Shown here piece by piece: positions 1 through 9,619 of a DNA stretch of 64,000 nt; position 1 is the first letter of the stretch, and every line of letters begins with the position of its first letter. The stretch is from an uncultured delta proteobacterium. Its GTDB lineage: Bacteria > Desulfobacterota > Binatia > Binatales > Binataceae. Made by a program: the position numbers and the translations under genes. The stretch covers positions 96,001 through 160,000 of the forward strand of contig CAWCDG010000009.1 in assembly GCA_963794325.1 (NCBI GenBank). Reading direction: 5' to 3'. The notes beneath the pieces are model-generated. The model was not told the origin of the DNA, made no database searches, and saw nothing but the letters and a program-made list of their open reading frames with translations.

Positions 1-11
1 GGAGGTAGCGT

Positions 12-1322
12 ATGCCAACAGGAGATTGTGTCTCGGTCCGCCACGTGCCCGCTGCGATGGTCGCGATCGCACTCGCGATTGCACTCGCGGTCCCGGCAGG
101 CGCCGCAGTAAAACCGGGCGACGTCATCACCGCTCAAACCGCGTACAAGGTGAAAGACCTTGTCTCGCCCGGCGTTTACTACAAAGTCACGAACGGCATG
201 ACGATGGACATCGTGCCGACCTCAACCATCCAGTGGCCACCGCCGTTTCGCGACGCCACTGAAAAGTATGCCGACCAGGTGCGGCTCTCGCCCGACGGCC
301 GGTCGCTGGTGAACTATGTCGCTGGGCAACCGTTTCCGTTTCTTGATCCCAATGACCCGAGCGTTGCGACCAAGATCATGTGGAACGCGGCGTTCAGACC
401 TATCACGTCCGACGACTATGACCTGCGATACTACGATTGCGACGACGTGTACGAAGGACTCAACAAGCCGTACAACGTGATCGACTACTTTCAGATTGGA
501 CACTACGCCGGTTACGACGAAGTCGGGCGGACCGAAGTCGATCCAATCCCGATCGATCCTGACTTTAAGGCGACGGGGCGCTATTGGATGTTCGCTCTTT
601 ACCCGATTCTCACGCCCGAAAATCTTCGCGGGTCTGGTTTCATTCGCTACCGCTACGCAAACCCAACCAAGGCTGACGACATCTGGCAGTGGACTCCAGG
701 AACGCGGCGGCTGCGGCGCCTGAACGAAGGCATCATGAGCGACGCAGTTGTGGGTGGAGGCAATCCCACTTCGTTCGACCCCGATCACTACTCCGGATTC
801 AACGCCAAGGTCGAGGAATACAACTACAAGCTCCTTGGCCAGAAGACGATGCTTGCGTCGGTGAACGCCAAGCATTCGCCGGAAATCACCTGCTCAACCG
901 ACGGCGGCGCCAGCGCGTGTCCCGAGAATTGGGAGATGCGCCAACTGTACATTGTCCAGACCTCGCCGCGCGTCTCGGTCAACAGCCAGGCGCTGCACTC
1001 GAAGTCGATTCTCTACATCGACGGCGAGATGTGGTTCGAACCTTACGTGGATGAATACGATCCCAACGGTCAGCTCTGGCAGAATCACATCTACTGGCTG
1101 ACCTATCGCGACCGACCGGTGCCTGATGCGCGCATAGCGATCTATCCCTTCAAGCGCGAATTTGTGGTGGGCGCCGCCGCGACCGACGTTCAGTCTGGAA
1201 TGACCACGATGTGCTACCTGCCCGGGCAAAGCACGCCCGAGCACGAATGCTGGTACATCAACATGGGCGGAGTCGACCGCGATTTCTTCACGACCAACGC
1301 GATGGTCCGAGCCGCGCCGTGA
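12..1322 (+). CDS. DUF1329 family exported protein (outer-membrane lipoprotein-sorting-like)
   Basis: GGAGG RBS at 1-5, signal peptide, 'VKPGDVITAQ', 'GQPFP..DP..A.KIMWN' and 'W...PGTRRLRR' motifs typical of DUF1329. Confidence 0.8.
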   Translation: MPTGDCVSVRHVPAAMVAIALAIALAVPAGAAVKPGDVITAQTAYKVKDLVSPGVYYKVTNGMTMDIVPTSTIQWPPPFRDATEKYADQVRLSPDGRSLVNYVAGQPFPFLDPNDPSVATKIMWNAAFRPITSDDYDLRYYDCDDVYEGLNKPYNVIDYFQIGHYAGYDEVGRTEVDPIPIDPDFKATGRYWMFALYPILTPENLRGSGFIRYRYANPTKADDIWQWTPGTRRLRRLNEGIMSDAVVGGGNPTSFDPDHYSGFNAKVEEYNYKLLGQKTMLASVNAKHSPEITCSTDGGASACPENWEMRQLYIVQTSPRVSVNSQALHSKSILYIDGEMWFEPYVDEYDPNGQLWQNHIYWLTYRDRPVPDARIAIYPFKREFVVGAAATDVQSGMTTMCYLPGQSTPEHECWYINMGGVDRDFFTTNAMVRAAP

Positions 1323-1421
1323 TCAATGACGCGGGACCTTGTTCCTGAACTGCTCCCGGTGAGCGAACCCGATGTCACTACTGCGACAGGGGTGGAAATC
1401 ATCAGAAGCGAAAGGTGCTTA

Positions 1422-1482
1422 AGGGACTCGAAATCCTCTGGAGCGAAAGCTCCGTGCGGGTTCGAGTCCCGCCCCGGCACCA
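1422..1482 (+). pseudogene. 3' half of a tRNA-Leu-like gene (probable integration att scar)
   Basis: Long variable arm GGAGCGAAAGCTCC, T-arm GCGGG-TTCGAGT-CCCGC, acceptor 3' strand CCCCGGC-A-CCA; no complementary GCCGGGG 5' strand or canonical D-arm upstream; anticodon stem imperfect. Confidence 0.7.
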
Positions 1483-1616
1483 TTATTTTGGCGTGGTGAG
1501 GCCTATCTGGTGAACGCGGACGATTGACCGCCATCGACGACTAGCAATCGCTCCTACTTGGAAAACTCAGAGCGGATTGCCTTCACCGCTGGCGTCAGGC
1601 TAAGAATGTAGTCGTC

Positions 1617-1949
1617 TTGCGCCTTCTCGCCATAATCCTTGCTGTCCTGCTTCTTCCGTTCAGCATGAACGTGCCGTCAGCGATGGCGTGTCCGACAGCG
1701 GCGTGCTGCGGCCCCGATTGTTCGAGCAGCGCTCCGATCAATCAGTTGAGCTGCTGCAAAACGCCGGTTGCGCCGGATCGAGCGACGATTCAAGCGCGAG
1801 ATACGCAACATTTCGATTCGATCGGGAGTATGCCCGTAGCGGCGGTGATCGTCGCGACTTCGCACTCGCGGAGCATCGTCGTCGCTCGAGGGTATTCGCC
1901 ACCCGACCGTCTCCTTTCGTTGGCACTTCTCTGTTCCCGACAAATCTGA
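1617..1949 (+). CDS. Small Cys-rich exported/leader protein preceding heavy-metal efflux operon
   Basis: Hydrophobic N-terminus, CxxxxCC..C and CC clusters, C-terminal 'SPP..LLC..I'. Confidence 0.6.
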   Translation: MRLLAIILAVLLLPFSMNVPSAMACPTAACCGPDCSSSAPINQLSCCKTPVAPDRATIQARDTQHFDSIGSMPVAAVIVATSHSRSIVVARGYSPPDRLLSLALLCSRQI

Positions 1950-2125
1950 ACCTTCCATAAGCGCGTGAGTTGAATGGCGAATGTGCCTCATTCGCCGCCG
2001 ACGCTTGCGTGCCGCCTGCTCGCGACAATCCGATGAACATCTGCCGATACGATTCGGCAGGTTAAAGCGCAGGTTCTGGACCTGCGAAGGACTCAGCCGC
2101 GCCGCGATCGATCGCGGCTGGAAGG

Positions 2126-3451
2126 TTGGAATTTGTGAAGTGCCAAAGCATTCGCCGCACAACGGCGCGAAAGTTGATAGCGACCATATTCGCCATCGCA
2201 ATTCTGACGGCGATTCCATCGGCGGGACGCGCACAGGATGGCGCTTCGGCGACTGAAACACCCTCCGGCTCGGATCGACTGCGAGCGCTTGTCGATGAGG
2301 CTCTCGCTCGCAGCCCGGTAGTACTCGCGGCGCGCAGCCACTGGCAGGCTCAAACGAAGGTGCCGATCCAGGCCGCCACGCTGCCTGATCCGGAGGTCTC
2401 GCTCCAGCATTTCACCGTTGGAAGTCCGCAGCCATTCTCAGGCTATGAGAGCAGCGACTTCTACTACACCGGCTTCGGCGTCTCGCAGGACATTCCGGGG
2501 CCCGGCAAGCTCCGCCTGCAAAGGTCTGAGGCCGAGAGAGATGCCGAGTACTCCAAGCATCGCTACGAAGCCGCCGGTCGCGCCGTCGAAGAAAAGGTCA
2601 AGGAGCTCTACTACGAGCTGTTCTATCACGCTAAGACGCTGGCGATCCTTGATCGCAATCAGGACGAGCTGCAGCAGATTCAGAAAATCGCCGAAACCCG
2701 CTACCGCCTCGGACAAAGCCAGCAGCAGGATCTGATCAAAGCGCAGCTTCAGACCACCGAGCTCCTCAAGGAGCACGCAATGCACCATCAGGAGGAGGAT
2801 CAAGAACAGCTCGCGCTCAAGCAGGTGCTCGGGAGGGATCCCGACTCGCGCAATATCGACATCGGTGACGTCGAAATGACGCAGCTCCAGCTCGACGCAT
2901 CGCAGATCGCGCAGTTGGCCGACAGCGGTTCTCCCGACCTCGCCGCGGATCGCGCGATGGAAGCGCGTAGCGCCGAAGCGTTGAAGCTTGCGCATCAGGG
3001 ATACTGGCCGGACTTCACGGTCGGTTACTCGTATCAAAAAACCGGGCCCGGTTTCAGCGACTATTACATGTTGAGTCTCGGCGCGAAGGTTCCGCTTTAT
3101 TTCTGGCGCAAACAGACGCCCGCCATCGAGCAGGCCGCGCTTGAGGCCGAATCAGCGCGCGCGCAAGTCCGTGCAACTCAGCTGCAGGTCTCCTCAGATG
3201 GAGAAAGCAGCATGGTCGCGATGCGCACCGCGGAACGGATCCTGGCTATCTATCGCGACGGTCTGATCCCGCAGGCCGAAACGTCGCAAGCCTCGGCGAT
3301 GGCGGCGTATCGAGTCGGCAAAGTCGATTTCCAGACGCTGCTCTCGTCGGTGCTCGATCTGCAGAACCTGCGGCAGGAGTACTACCGCAGCCTCGCCGAC
3401 CACGAGATCGCTATCGCCAAACTCCAGCAGGTAATCGGTGACCGACGATGA
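2126..3451 (+). CDS. TolC/CusC-family outer membrane efflux protein
   Basis: Signal peptide, 'LPDPEVS', 'YWPDFTVG', 'AYRVGKVDF' OEP repeats; first gene of tripartite operon; exact start uncertain. Confidence 0.85.
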   Translation: MEFVKCQSIRRTTARKLIATIFAIAILTAIPSAGRAQDGASATETPSGSDRLRALVDEALARSPVVLAARSHWQAQTKVPIQAATLPDPEVSLQHFTVGSPQPFSGYESSDFYYTGFGVSQDIPGPGKLRLQRSEAERDAEYSKHRYEAAGRAVEEKVKELYYELFYHAKTLAILDRNQDELQQIQKIAETRYRLGQSQQQDLIKAQLQTTELLKEHAMHHQEEDQEQLALKQVLGRDPDSRNIDIGDVEMTQLQLDASQIAQLADSGSPDLAADRAMEARSAEALKLAHQGYWPDFTVGYSYQKTGPGFSDYYMLSLGAKVPLYFWRKQTPAIEQAALEAESARAQVRATQLQVSSDGESSMVAMRTAERILAIYRDGLIPQAETSQASAMAAYRVGKVDFQTLLSSVLDLQNLRQEYYRSLADHEIAIAKLQQVIGDRR

Positions 3452-4923
3452 ACTACAACTCACTAAGTTGGCGAGTCTGCATGCTGGCTCTCTTTATGGC
3501 CATCGCGGCCCCAAGCGCACACGGAGCGGATTCCCAGCTCGCGCCCATCCGCATCACGCCAGAGCGCAGGCAACTGATCGGCCTGAAGTTCGCGACCGTG
3601 GCGCGAAGGGACGTGAGCGACCGCCTCGAAACCACCGGCAACATCGAGGCCGACGAACGGCTGCAAGGTTACGTGCAAACGCGTTTCGCCGGATGGATCG
3701 AAAAAGTGTTCGCGAATTCGAGCTACCAGTACGTCCGCCGTGGTCAGCCGTTGTTTACGATTTACAGCCCGGACTTGGTGAGCACCGAGAACGAATATCT
3801 GCTCGCTCTCGAGGCTCGCAAGCGCGTGAAGGATAGCAGTGTCGCCGACGTGACCAACGACGCGTCATCGCTGGTCGATTCCGCCGCGGAACGTCTCAAG
3901 CTGTGGGGAGTGTCGCCGCGCGAGGTCGCGCGCCTGGAACGCGAACGCACTGTGCGGCGCGCCGTCGAGATCGACTCTCCCATGAGCGGATACATCGTCG
4001 AGCGCAACGCGCTGCCCAACCTGTATGTGCAACCCGACACGCGCCTGTTCACGATCACCGATCTGTCGAAGGTCTGGATCTACGCGGCGGTGTTTCAGAA
4101 CGAGATCGGAAAAGTCCATCCCGGCGATCCTGCAACCGTTACGGTGGACGCCTATCCGGGCACGAACTTCGACGGGCGCGTCGATTTCATCGAGCCGCAG
4201 ATCGATCCCATGACGCGCACCGCAAAAGTTCGATGCGAGTTCAACAACCCCAAAGGCCAGCTCCTTCCCGGGATGTTCGCGCATGTCGCGCTTGACCTTC
4301 CGATGGGCGAGCAGACCGTGATCCCTGACACGGCGGTTCTGCGCACCGGCACACACAACGTCGCGTTCATCGATCGCGGTGACGGTTATCTCACGCCCGC
4401 CGAGATCGAGTTGGGTGCGCACGTCGGCGACGAATTCATTGTGCTCAAGGGACTCGCGCCGGGTCAGCAGATAGTCAGCTCCGCCAACTTCCTGATCGAT
4501 TCGGAAAGCCAGCTCCAGGCAGCCGCCGGAGCGTTTGTGCCGCCTCCACCGGGCGTCGGCGCGAATGCTCCTGGAGCAGCCACTGAGGCAATCCCCCAGG
4601 CAAGCATCGAGTTCACCAGCGACCCGAACCCGTTGGTGCGAGGTCACAACAAGGCGATCGTGACGGTGCGCGATTCCAAAGGCGCGCCAATCTCAGGCGC
4701 GCAAGTGACGGTGTCCTTCTACATGGCGGCGATGCCCGCGATGGGAATGGCGGCGATGCGCGCGCAAGGCACCGCGGAAGATCAAGGGAATGGAACCTAC
4801 TCGGCGAATATCGATCTACCGAGCGGTGGCACCTGGAGCCTGACGATCACCGCGTCCAAGGGTGGTCAACCTATCGCGACCAAGCAAATGGACGTGTCGG
4901 CCAGCGGCTCCATGGCGATGTGA
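3448..4923 (+). CDS. cusB: CusB-family RND periplasmic adaptor with C-terminal YtkA/FixH-like Met-rich domain
   Basis: 'GWIEKV', 'IYSPDLVS', 'LLPGMF', 'SANFLIDSES' motifs; ATGA overlap with upstream gene. Confidence 0.85.
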   Translation: MNYNSLSWRVCMLALFMAIAAPSAHGADSQLAPIRITPERRQLIGLKFATVARRDVSDRLETTGNIEADERLQGYVQTRFAGWIEKVFANSSYQYVRRGQPLFTIYSPDLVSTENEYLLALEARKRVKDSSVADVTNDASSLVDSAAERLKLWGVSPREVARLERERTVRRAVEIDSPMSGYIVERNALPNLYVQPDTRLFTITDLSKVWIYAAVFQNEIGKVHPGDPATVTVDAYPGTNFDGRVDFIEPQIDPMTRTAKVRCEFNNPKGQLLPGMFAHVALDLPMGEQTVIPDTAVLRTGTHNVAFIDRGDGYLTPAEIELGAHVGDEFIVLKGLAPGQQIVSSANFLIDSESQLQAAAGAFVPPPPGVGANAPGAATEAIPQASIEFTSDPNPLVRGHNKAIVTVRDSKGAPISGAQVTVSFYMAAMPAMGMAAMRAQGTAEDQGNGTYSANIDLPSGGTWSLTITASKGGQPIATKQMDVSASGSMAM

Positions 4924-4933
4924 GGACCGAAGC

Positions 4934-7900
4934 ATGATCGAAAGAACTATCGACTGGTGTAATGAGAACCGCTTCATCCTGTTCTTCGGCGTGCTCGCGC
5001 TGATACTCGCGGGCATCTGGTCGCTCGATCGAATCCCGCTCGATGCGCTACCGGACATCTCCGACGTTCAGGTGATTATCCACACCGAATGGATGGGTCA
5101 GCCGCCCAACCTCATCGAAGATCAGGTGACCTATCCTATTGTCACCGCGATGCTTGCCGCGCCGCACGTAAAGGCGGTCCGCGCGCAGACCATGCCCAAC
5201 GACTCTTATGTATTCGTCGTCTTTGAAGACGGCACTGACATCTATTGGGCGCGCAGCCGCGTGCTGGAATACCTGCAGCAGATCACGGGCAAGCTTCCGA
5301 CGGGCGTAAATCCTGCAATAGGTCCCGATGCGACCGGCGCGGGCTGGGTCTACGAGTATGCTCTCGTCGATAAGAGTCATACTCACAATCTCGCCGATCT
5401 CCGCAGCCTGCAGGATTGGAACGTGCGCTATGCGCTCGAAACGGTGCCGGGGGTTTCGGAGGTCGCCACTATCGGCGGCTTCGTAAAGCAGTACCAGGTC
5501 AAGCTCGATCCAAATCGGTTGCTCGCGCTCAAGGTCCCGTTGGAAACGGTGATCGACAAAATCCGCGACAGCAATGGCGAAGTCGGTGGGCGCGTGCTCG
5601 AGATGTCGGGAGCGGACTACATGATCCGCGGCCTCGGCTACGTCCATTCGGTCACAGACCTTGAGCAGATCTCCGTCGCAACCAACAATGGCACGCCGGT
5701 GCTGATAAGAGATTTGGGCGTCGTAAGTCTCGGACCCGACTTGCGCGAGGGCGCCGCAGAATGGAACGGCGACGGCGAAACCGTCGGCGGCATCGTAGTA
5801 ATGCGCTACGGACAGAATGCGCTCACCGTCATCGACGGGGTCAAGCAGAAGCTCGCTCAGATTCAAAAGACCCTGCCGCGCGGCGTTGAAATCGTAGCCG
5901 GTTACGATCGTTCGGGACTCATCCAGGCATCGATCAACACTTTGAAGCGCGATCTGCTCGAAGAGGCCATCATCGTAAGCCTCGTGATCATCATTTTCCT
6001 CTTCCACCTGCGCTCCGCGCTGATCCCGATTCTTGCGCTGCCGATCGCGGTCATCGCGACCTTCATTCCGATGTACTATCTGCAGATCAGCTCCAACATC
6101 ATGTCGCTCGGCGGGTTGGCGCTGGCGATAGGTGTGCTGGTCGATGCTTCGATCGTGATGGTCGAGAACGGCTATCGACACCTATCGGAAGCGCAGCACC
6201 TCGCGTCGCTAAGAGGCGAATCGGTTTCCCCATCCGAGCGGCAGCGAATTTTGCTATCGGCCGCAAAGCAGGTCGGCCGCCCGATCTTCTTCTCGCTGAT
6301 AATTATTGTCGTCTCATTCCTGCCGGTGTTCCTGCTCGAATCGCAGGAGGGACGGATGTTTCGTCCGCTGGCTTATACCAAGTCCTTTGCGATCGGCTTC
6401 TCTTCAATTCTCGCGATCACCGTGGTTCCGGTGCTGATGGTTCTCTTCATCCGCGGTAAGCGCCTTCGACCGGAGGAGGACAACCCCATCTCGCGCTTCT
6501 TCCAGGCCATCTATCTGCCGGTCATCCGATGGTGCCTGCATCATCGCGCCCTGACGATCGTCGCCAACGTGATATTCGTGCTGCTGACAATTCCGCTGCT
6601 GTTCAAGATAGGCAGTCAGTTCATGCCGCCGCTCTACGAAGGATCGAGTCTCTACATGCCGACTGCCTTGCCCGGTATTTCGATCAGCTCAGCGGTAGAT
6701 CTGATGCAGAAGCAGGATCAGATCATCCGAACGTTTCCCGAGGTCGAAAGCGTGTTCGGCAGTGTAGGACGTTCGGATAGCGCGACCGACAACGCGCCGC
6801 TGGACATGTATGACACGACTATCATGCTCAAGCCTCGCGCCCAGTGGAGAAAGGGCATGACCTACGATTCGCTGATCGCGGAGATGGACGACAGATTACA
6901 TTTTCCCGGTCTGTCTAACTCGTGGACGATGCCAGTCGAGAATCGGCTCGACATGGAGTTGACCGGGATCAAGACCCCGGTAGGACTGAAAATTCAGGGT
7001 CCCGAGGTCGATAGGATTCAGCAGATAGGTTCGCAGATTGAAGAGATACTTGGATCCGTTGCGGGCACGCGAGGAATTTTCGCCGAACGAGTCTCTCAAG
7101 GGTTCTACATCAACGTCGATGTCGATCGCGCGGTCGCCGCGCGGTACGGACTGACGGTCGGAGCCGTTCAGCGCGCAGTCAGCTCTGGCATGGGCGGCGA
7201 GAATATCGCGACCACCGTCGAGGGGCGCGAGCGCTACTCGATAAACGTCCGCTATCTCGCGGATTACCGAAATGACCTGAACGCGCTCCGCCGCATATTG
7301 ATCATGACGCCGACCGGCGCGCAGATTCCGCTCGGCGAGGTCGCGCATATCGACTTGAGCCCGGGCCCCTCGATGATCCGCGACGAAGATGGGCAACTAA
7401 CGGGCTACGTCTATGTTGACCTCGCGACTTCGGACTACGGCAGCTATGTTGACAGCGCGCAGCGCGTGCTGGATCGGCAGCTCCATCTGCCCGCCGGATA
7501 CACTCTGAAATGGTCGGGCGAATATGAGTTCCAGTTGCGCGCGCGAAAGCGCCTGACGGTCATCCTGCCAATCGTATTCGGTCTGATCTTTGTCCTGCTC
7601 TACATGCTCTTCCAATCGGTGACCGAATCGATCGTGCTCATTCTTCCGACCGTGTACGCGATGACCGGCGGGCTTCTGCTTCAGTACATGATGGGCTTCA
7701 ACTTCAGCGTCGCCGTATGGGTCGGCTACATCGCGCTGTTCGGAATCGCGGTCGAGACCGGCGTTGTCATGGTGATCTACCTTCACGAAGCACTGAATCG
7801 TCACATTGCCGCCGGCCAACTAACCCAGGAAGGCGTCGAAGCAGCGGTTATCGAGGGCGCAGTCCAGCGCCTTCGCCCCAAGCTGATGACCGTTGCGGTG

Positions 7901-8080
7901 GTAATGCTCAGTCTCGCGCCGATTTTATGGGAGAGCGGAATCGGTTCGGACGTGATGAAACCAATCGCAGCGCCAATCGTCGGCGGCATGATCACCTCGA
8001 CGATTCACGTACTCATACTCGTGCCTGTGTTCTTCGCGATCATGAAGGAACGCGCACTAAGGAAAGGAACCCTGCTTTGA
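4934..8080 (+). CDS. cusA: CusA/CzcA family heavy-metal RND efflux permease (Cu/Ag)
   Basis: 'LDALPDISDVQVII', 'GPDATGAGWVYEYAL', Met metal-site motifs (FMPPL, APLDM, WTMP), 'RLRPKLMT'; start at MIERTI after GAGG. Confidence 0.92.
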   Translation: MIERTIDWCNENRFILFFGVLALILAGIWSLDRIPLDALPDISDVQVIIHTEWMGQPPNLIEDQVTYPIVTAMLAAPHVKAVRAQTMPNDSYVFVVFEDGTDIYWARSRVLEYLQQITGKLPTGVNPAIGPDATGAGWVYEYALVDKSHTHNLADLRSLQDWNVRYALETVPGVSEVATIGGFVKQYQVKLDPNRLLALKVPLETVIDKIRDSNGEVGGRVLEMSGADYMIRGLGYVHSVTDLEQISVATNNGTPVLIRDLGVVSLGPDLREGAAEWNGDGETVGGIVVMRYGQNALTVIDGVKQKLAQIQKTLPRGVEIVAGYDRSGLIQASINTLKRDLLEEAIIVSLVIIIFLFHLRSALIPILALPIAVIATFIPMYYLQISSNIMSLGGLALAIGVLVDASIVMVENGYRHLSEAQHLASLRGESVSPSERQRILLSAAKQVGRPIFFSLIIIVVSFLPVFLLESQEGRMFRPLAYTKSFAIGFSSILAITVVPVLMVLFIRGKRLRPEEDNPISRFFQAIYLPVIRWCLHHRALTIVANVIFVLLTIPLLFKIGSQFMPPLYEGSSLYMPTALPGISISSAVDLMQKQDQIIRTFPEVESVFGSVGRSDSATDNAPLDMYDTTIMLKPRAQWRKGMTYDSLIAEMDDRLHFPGLSNSWTMPVENRLDMELTGIKTPVGLKIQGPEVDRIQQIGSQIEEILGSVAGTRGIFAERVSQGFYINVDVDRAVAARYGLTVGAVQRAVSSGMGGENIATTVEGRERYSINVRYLADYRNDLNALRRILIMTPTGAQIPLGEVAHIDLSPGPSMIRDEDGQLTGYVYVDLATSDYGSYVDSAQRVLDRQLHLPAGYTLKWSGEYEFQLRARKRLTVILPIVFGLIFVLLYMLFQSVTESIVLILPTVYAMTGGLLLQYMMGFNFSVAVWVGYIALFGIAVETGVVMVIYLHEALNRHIAAGQLTQEGVEAAVIEGAVQRLRPKLMTVAVVMLSLAPILWESGIGSDVMKPIAAPIVGGMITSTIHVLILVPVFFAIMKERALRKGTLL

Positions 8081-8178
8081 GGAGCACGCGGATACTGCTT
8101 TGCGCTGCACGCAAGTCACAAGGGCGTAGTGATGCAATCGCGCCTGGACCAGGCGAAGAGGCCAACATTGCTACGTGT

Positions 8179-8796
8179 TCAAACCGACCGAGCGCTGCCT
8201 TCGTAAAGGAAAGAAAACGGACGCGGAGCAAATTTCTGGTATCCGGTGCTGAGTCGCTCGATACGAAATCCGGCGGCTTGAATAAGATCATCAACCTTTC
8301 GATTGAGATGACAGCCACCGCCGATGTGTTTCCAGACCGGCGTGATCCGGTCCTGCCAGAGCACCACGTCCGGATCGGGCGCGCGCCCGTGCTCTGCGAA
8401 CAGCAGTGCGCCCTCGGGTTTGAGAACTCGCCGCATCTCGACGAGCGCCGCGCCTACGTCAGGTATGGAACACAGCGTGAAGGTCATCACGACGGTATCA
8501 AAGCTATGATCATCGAGCGGCAATTTCTCGCTTGAGGCTTCCAGCAGACGCACGGGGAATCCCACATTTGCGACGCGCTGGCTGGCCTTTGCCAGAAGTT
8601 CGGCCGAGGGATCGACTCCATAAACGGTTTCCACACTCGGGGGATACGATGAGAGGTTGAGACCCGAACCGATCCCAATCTCAAGCACTCGTCCCTGCGC
8701 GGCTCCTGCCGTGCGCTCCCGGAACGGGGCGAAATTCTTCTGGCGCATGGTCAACTCGATCACTTGCGGCAGTATCCATCGATTGTAGAAACCCAT
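8179..8796 (-). CDS. Class I SAM-dependent methyltransferase
   Basis: 'VLEIGIGSGLN', 'FTLCSIPD', 'GGCHLNR' motifs. Confidence 0.88.
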   Translation of the reverse strand: MGFYNRWILPQVIELTMRQKNFAPFRERTAGAAQGRVLEIGIGSGLNLSSYPPSVETVYGVDPSAELLAKASQRVANVGFPVRLLEASSEKLPLDDHSFDTVVMTFTLCSIPDVGAALVEMRRVLKPEGALLFAEHGRAPDPDVVLWQDRITPVWKHIGGGCHLNRKVDDLIQAAGFRIERLSTGYQKFAPRPFSFLYEGSARSV

Positions 8797-9133
8797 CTGG
8801 TCTTCACTCCACGTTCACGAAAAGTTCGATACCGCGCCCGCGAAGAACTTTGGTCATCACTGGGGCGAACTTGATTAGCTTCCCGTATGTGGCTTACCTG
8901 AATCCTGAGACGAAGAATATCTGCGAGAATACCGCGACGCTGCATGCGAGTTCAGTTTTTGCCCTAAAAACACGCCCCATTTGCATCCGGTTGCATCGGC
9001 GTCATAAATGAGTAAATCATTAGATACGAGGCTGCATGGTCAGGAATCACCAACTATGCGGTGTTTAAAGAAGGTTCGATTACTTATGTTTGGTCACACG
9101 AAGAAACCTTTAGAGCTCGCGGGACGAAAGGTC

Positions 9134-9613
9134 ATGGAAAAATCGCTGCTGAAGCAGTTCGAGGGATCCGACGGTCGCCGGCATCTGATCAAGGCCTTGA
9201 CCTTGCAGCCGCTGATTCGCGATCAAAACGTGGCAATCGTACTCGCGCGGCGGGTGATGCTCGAAGCAGTTCCCGCCGGCAAGAAACTCATTCAGCAAGA
9301 TGCTTCCGACCGGGATCTTTTTCTGATTCTGGAGGGCGTATTTTCGATCGTCATCAACGGGCGCATCGCGGCCAGTGCGAAAGCCGGCGAGCATGTCGGT
9401 GAAATGTCGGTCGTCGATCCCGAGATGCCTCGCTCGGCGTCGGTTATTGCGAGTTCGGATTCGATCGTTGCGCGCATTTCAGAGTCTGACTTTTCGACGG
9501 TCGCCGATCGATTCCCTCAACTGTGGCGGCGAATCGCGCTTCAACTGGCACGCCGGGTGCGGCATGGATTCCCGGTCGATCGCGCAAGAGTGAAAGCGGG
9601 CCGCGCCGCTTAG
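9134..9613 (+). CDS. Stand-alone cyclic nucleotide-binding domain protein (PycTIR N-domain-like)
   Basis: cNMP fold motifs 'LIQQD..D.DLFLILEG', 'GEHVGEM....PRSASVIA'. Confidence 0.75.
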   Translation: MEKSLLKQFEGSDGRRHLIKALTLQPLIRDQNVAIVLARRVMLEAVPAGKKLIQQDASDRDLFLILEGVFSIVINGRIAASAKAGEHVGEMSVVDPEMPRSASVIASSDSIVARISESDFSTVADRFPQLWRRIALQLARRVRHGFPVDRARVKAGRAA

Positions 9614-9619
9614 CCAACC

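Noticed and set aside
1384-1482. Intact tRNA (apparent CGA anticodon, Ser)
   Set aside because: No acceptor-stem 5' strand or canonical D-arm; discriminator A and arm pattern fit a Leu 3' fragment
1577-1610. CueR/MerR-type promoter (TTGCCT, GCCT..AGGC dyad)
   Set aside because: Dyad imperfect and spacing one base off the CueR box; no MerR gene nearby
4862-4933. Extended N-terminus of CusA in the ORF track
   Set aside because: Overlaps cusB; ATG 4934 with RBS matches the family start
8960-9060. TTGCATC direct repeats as integrase arm sites or a second att
   Set aside because: Too short, and no core att or tRNA match visible
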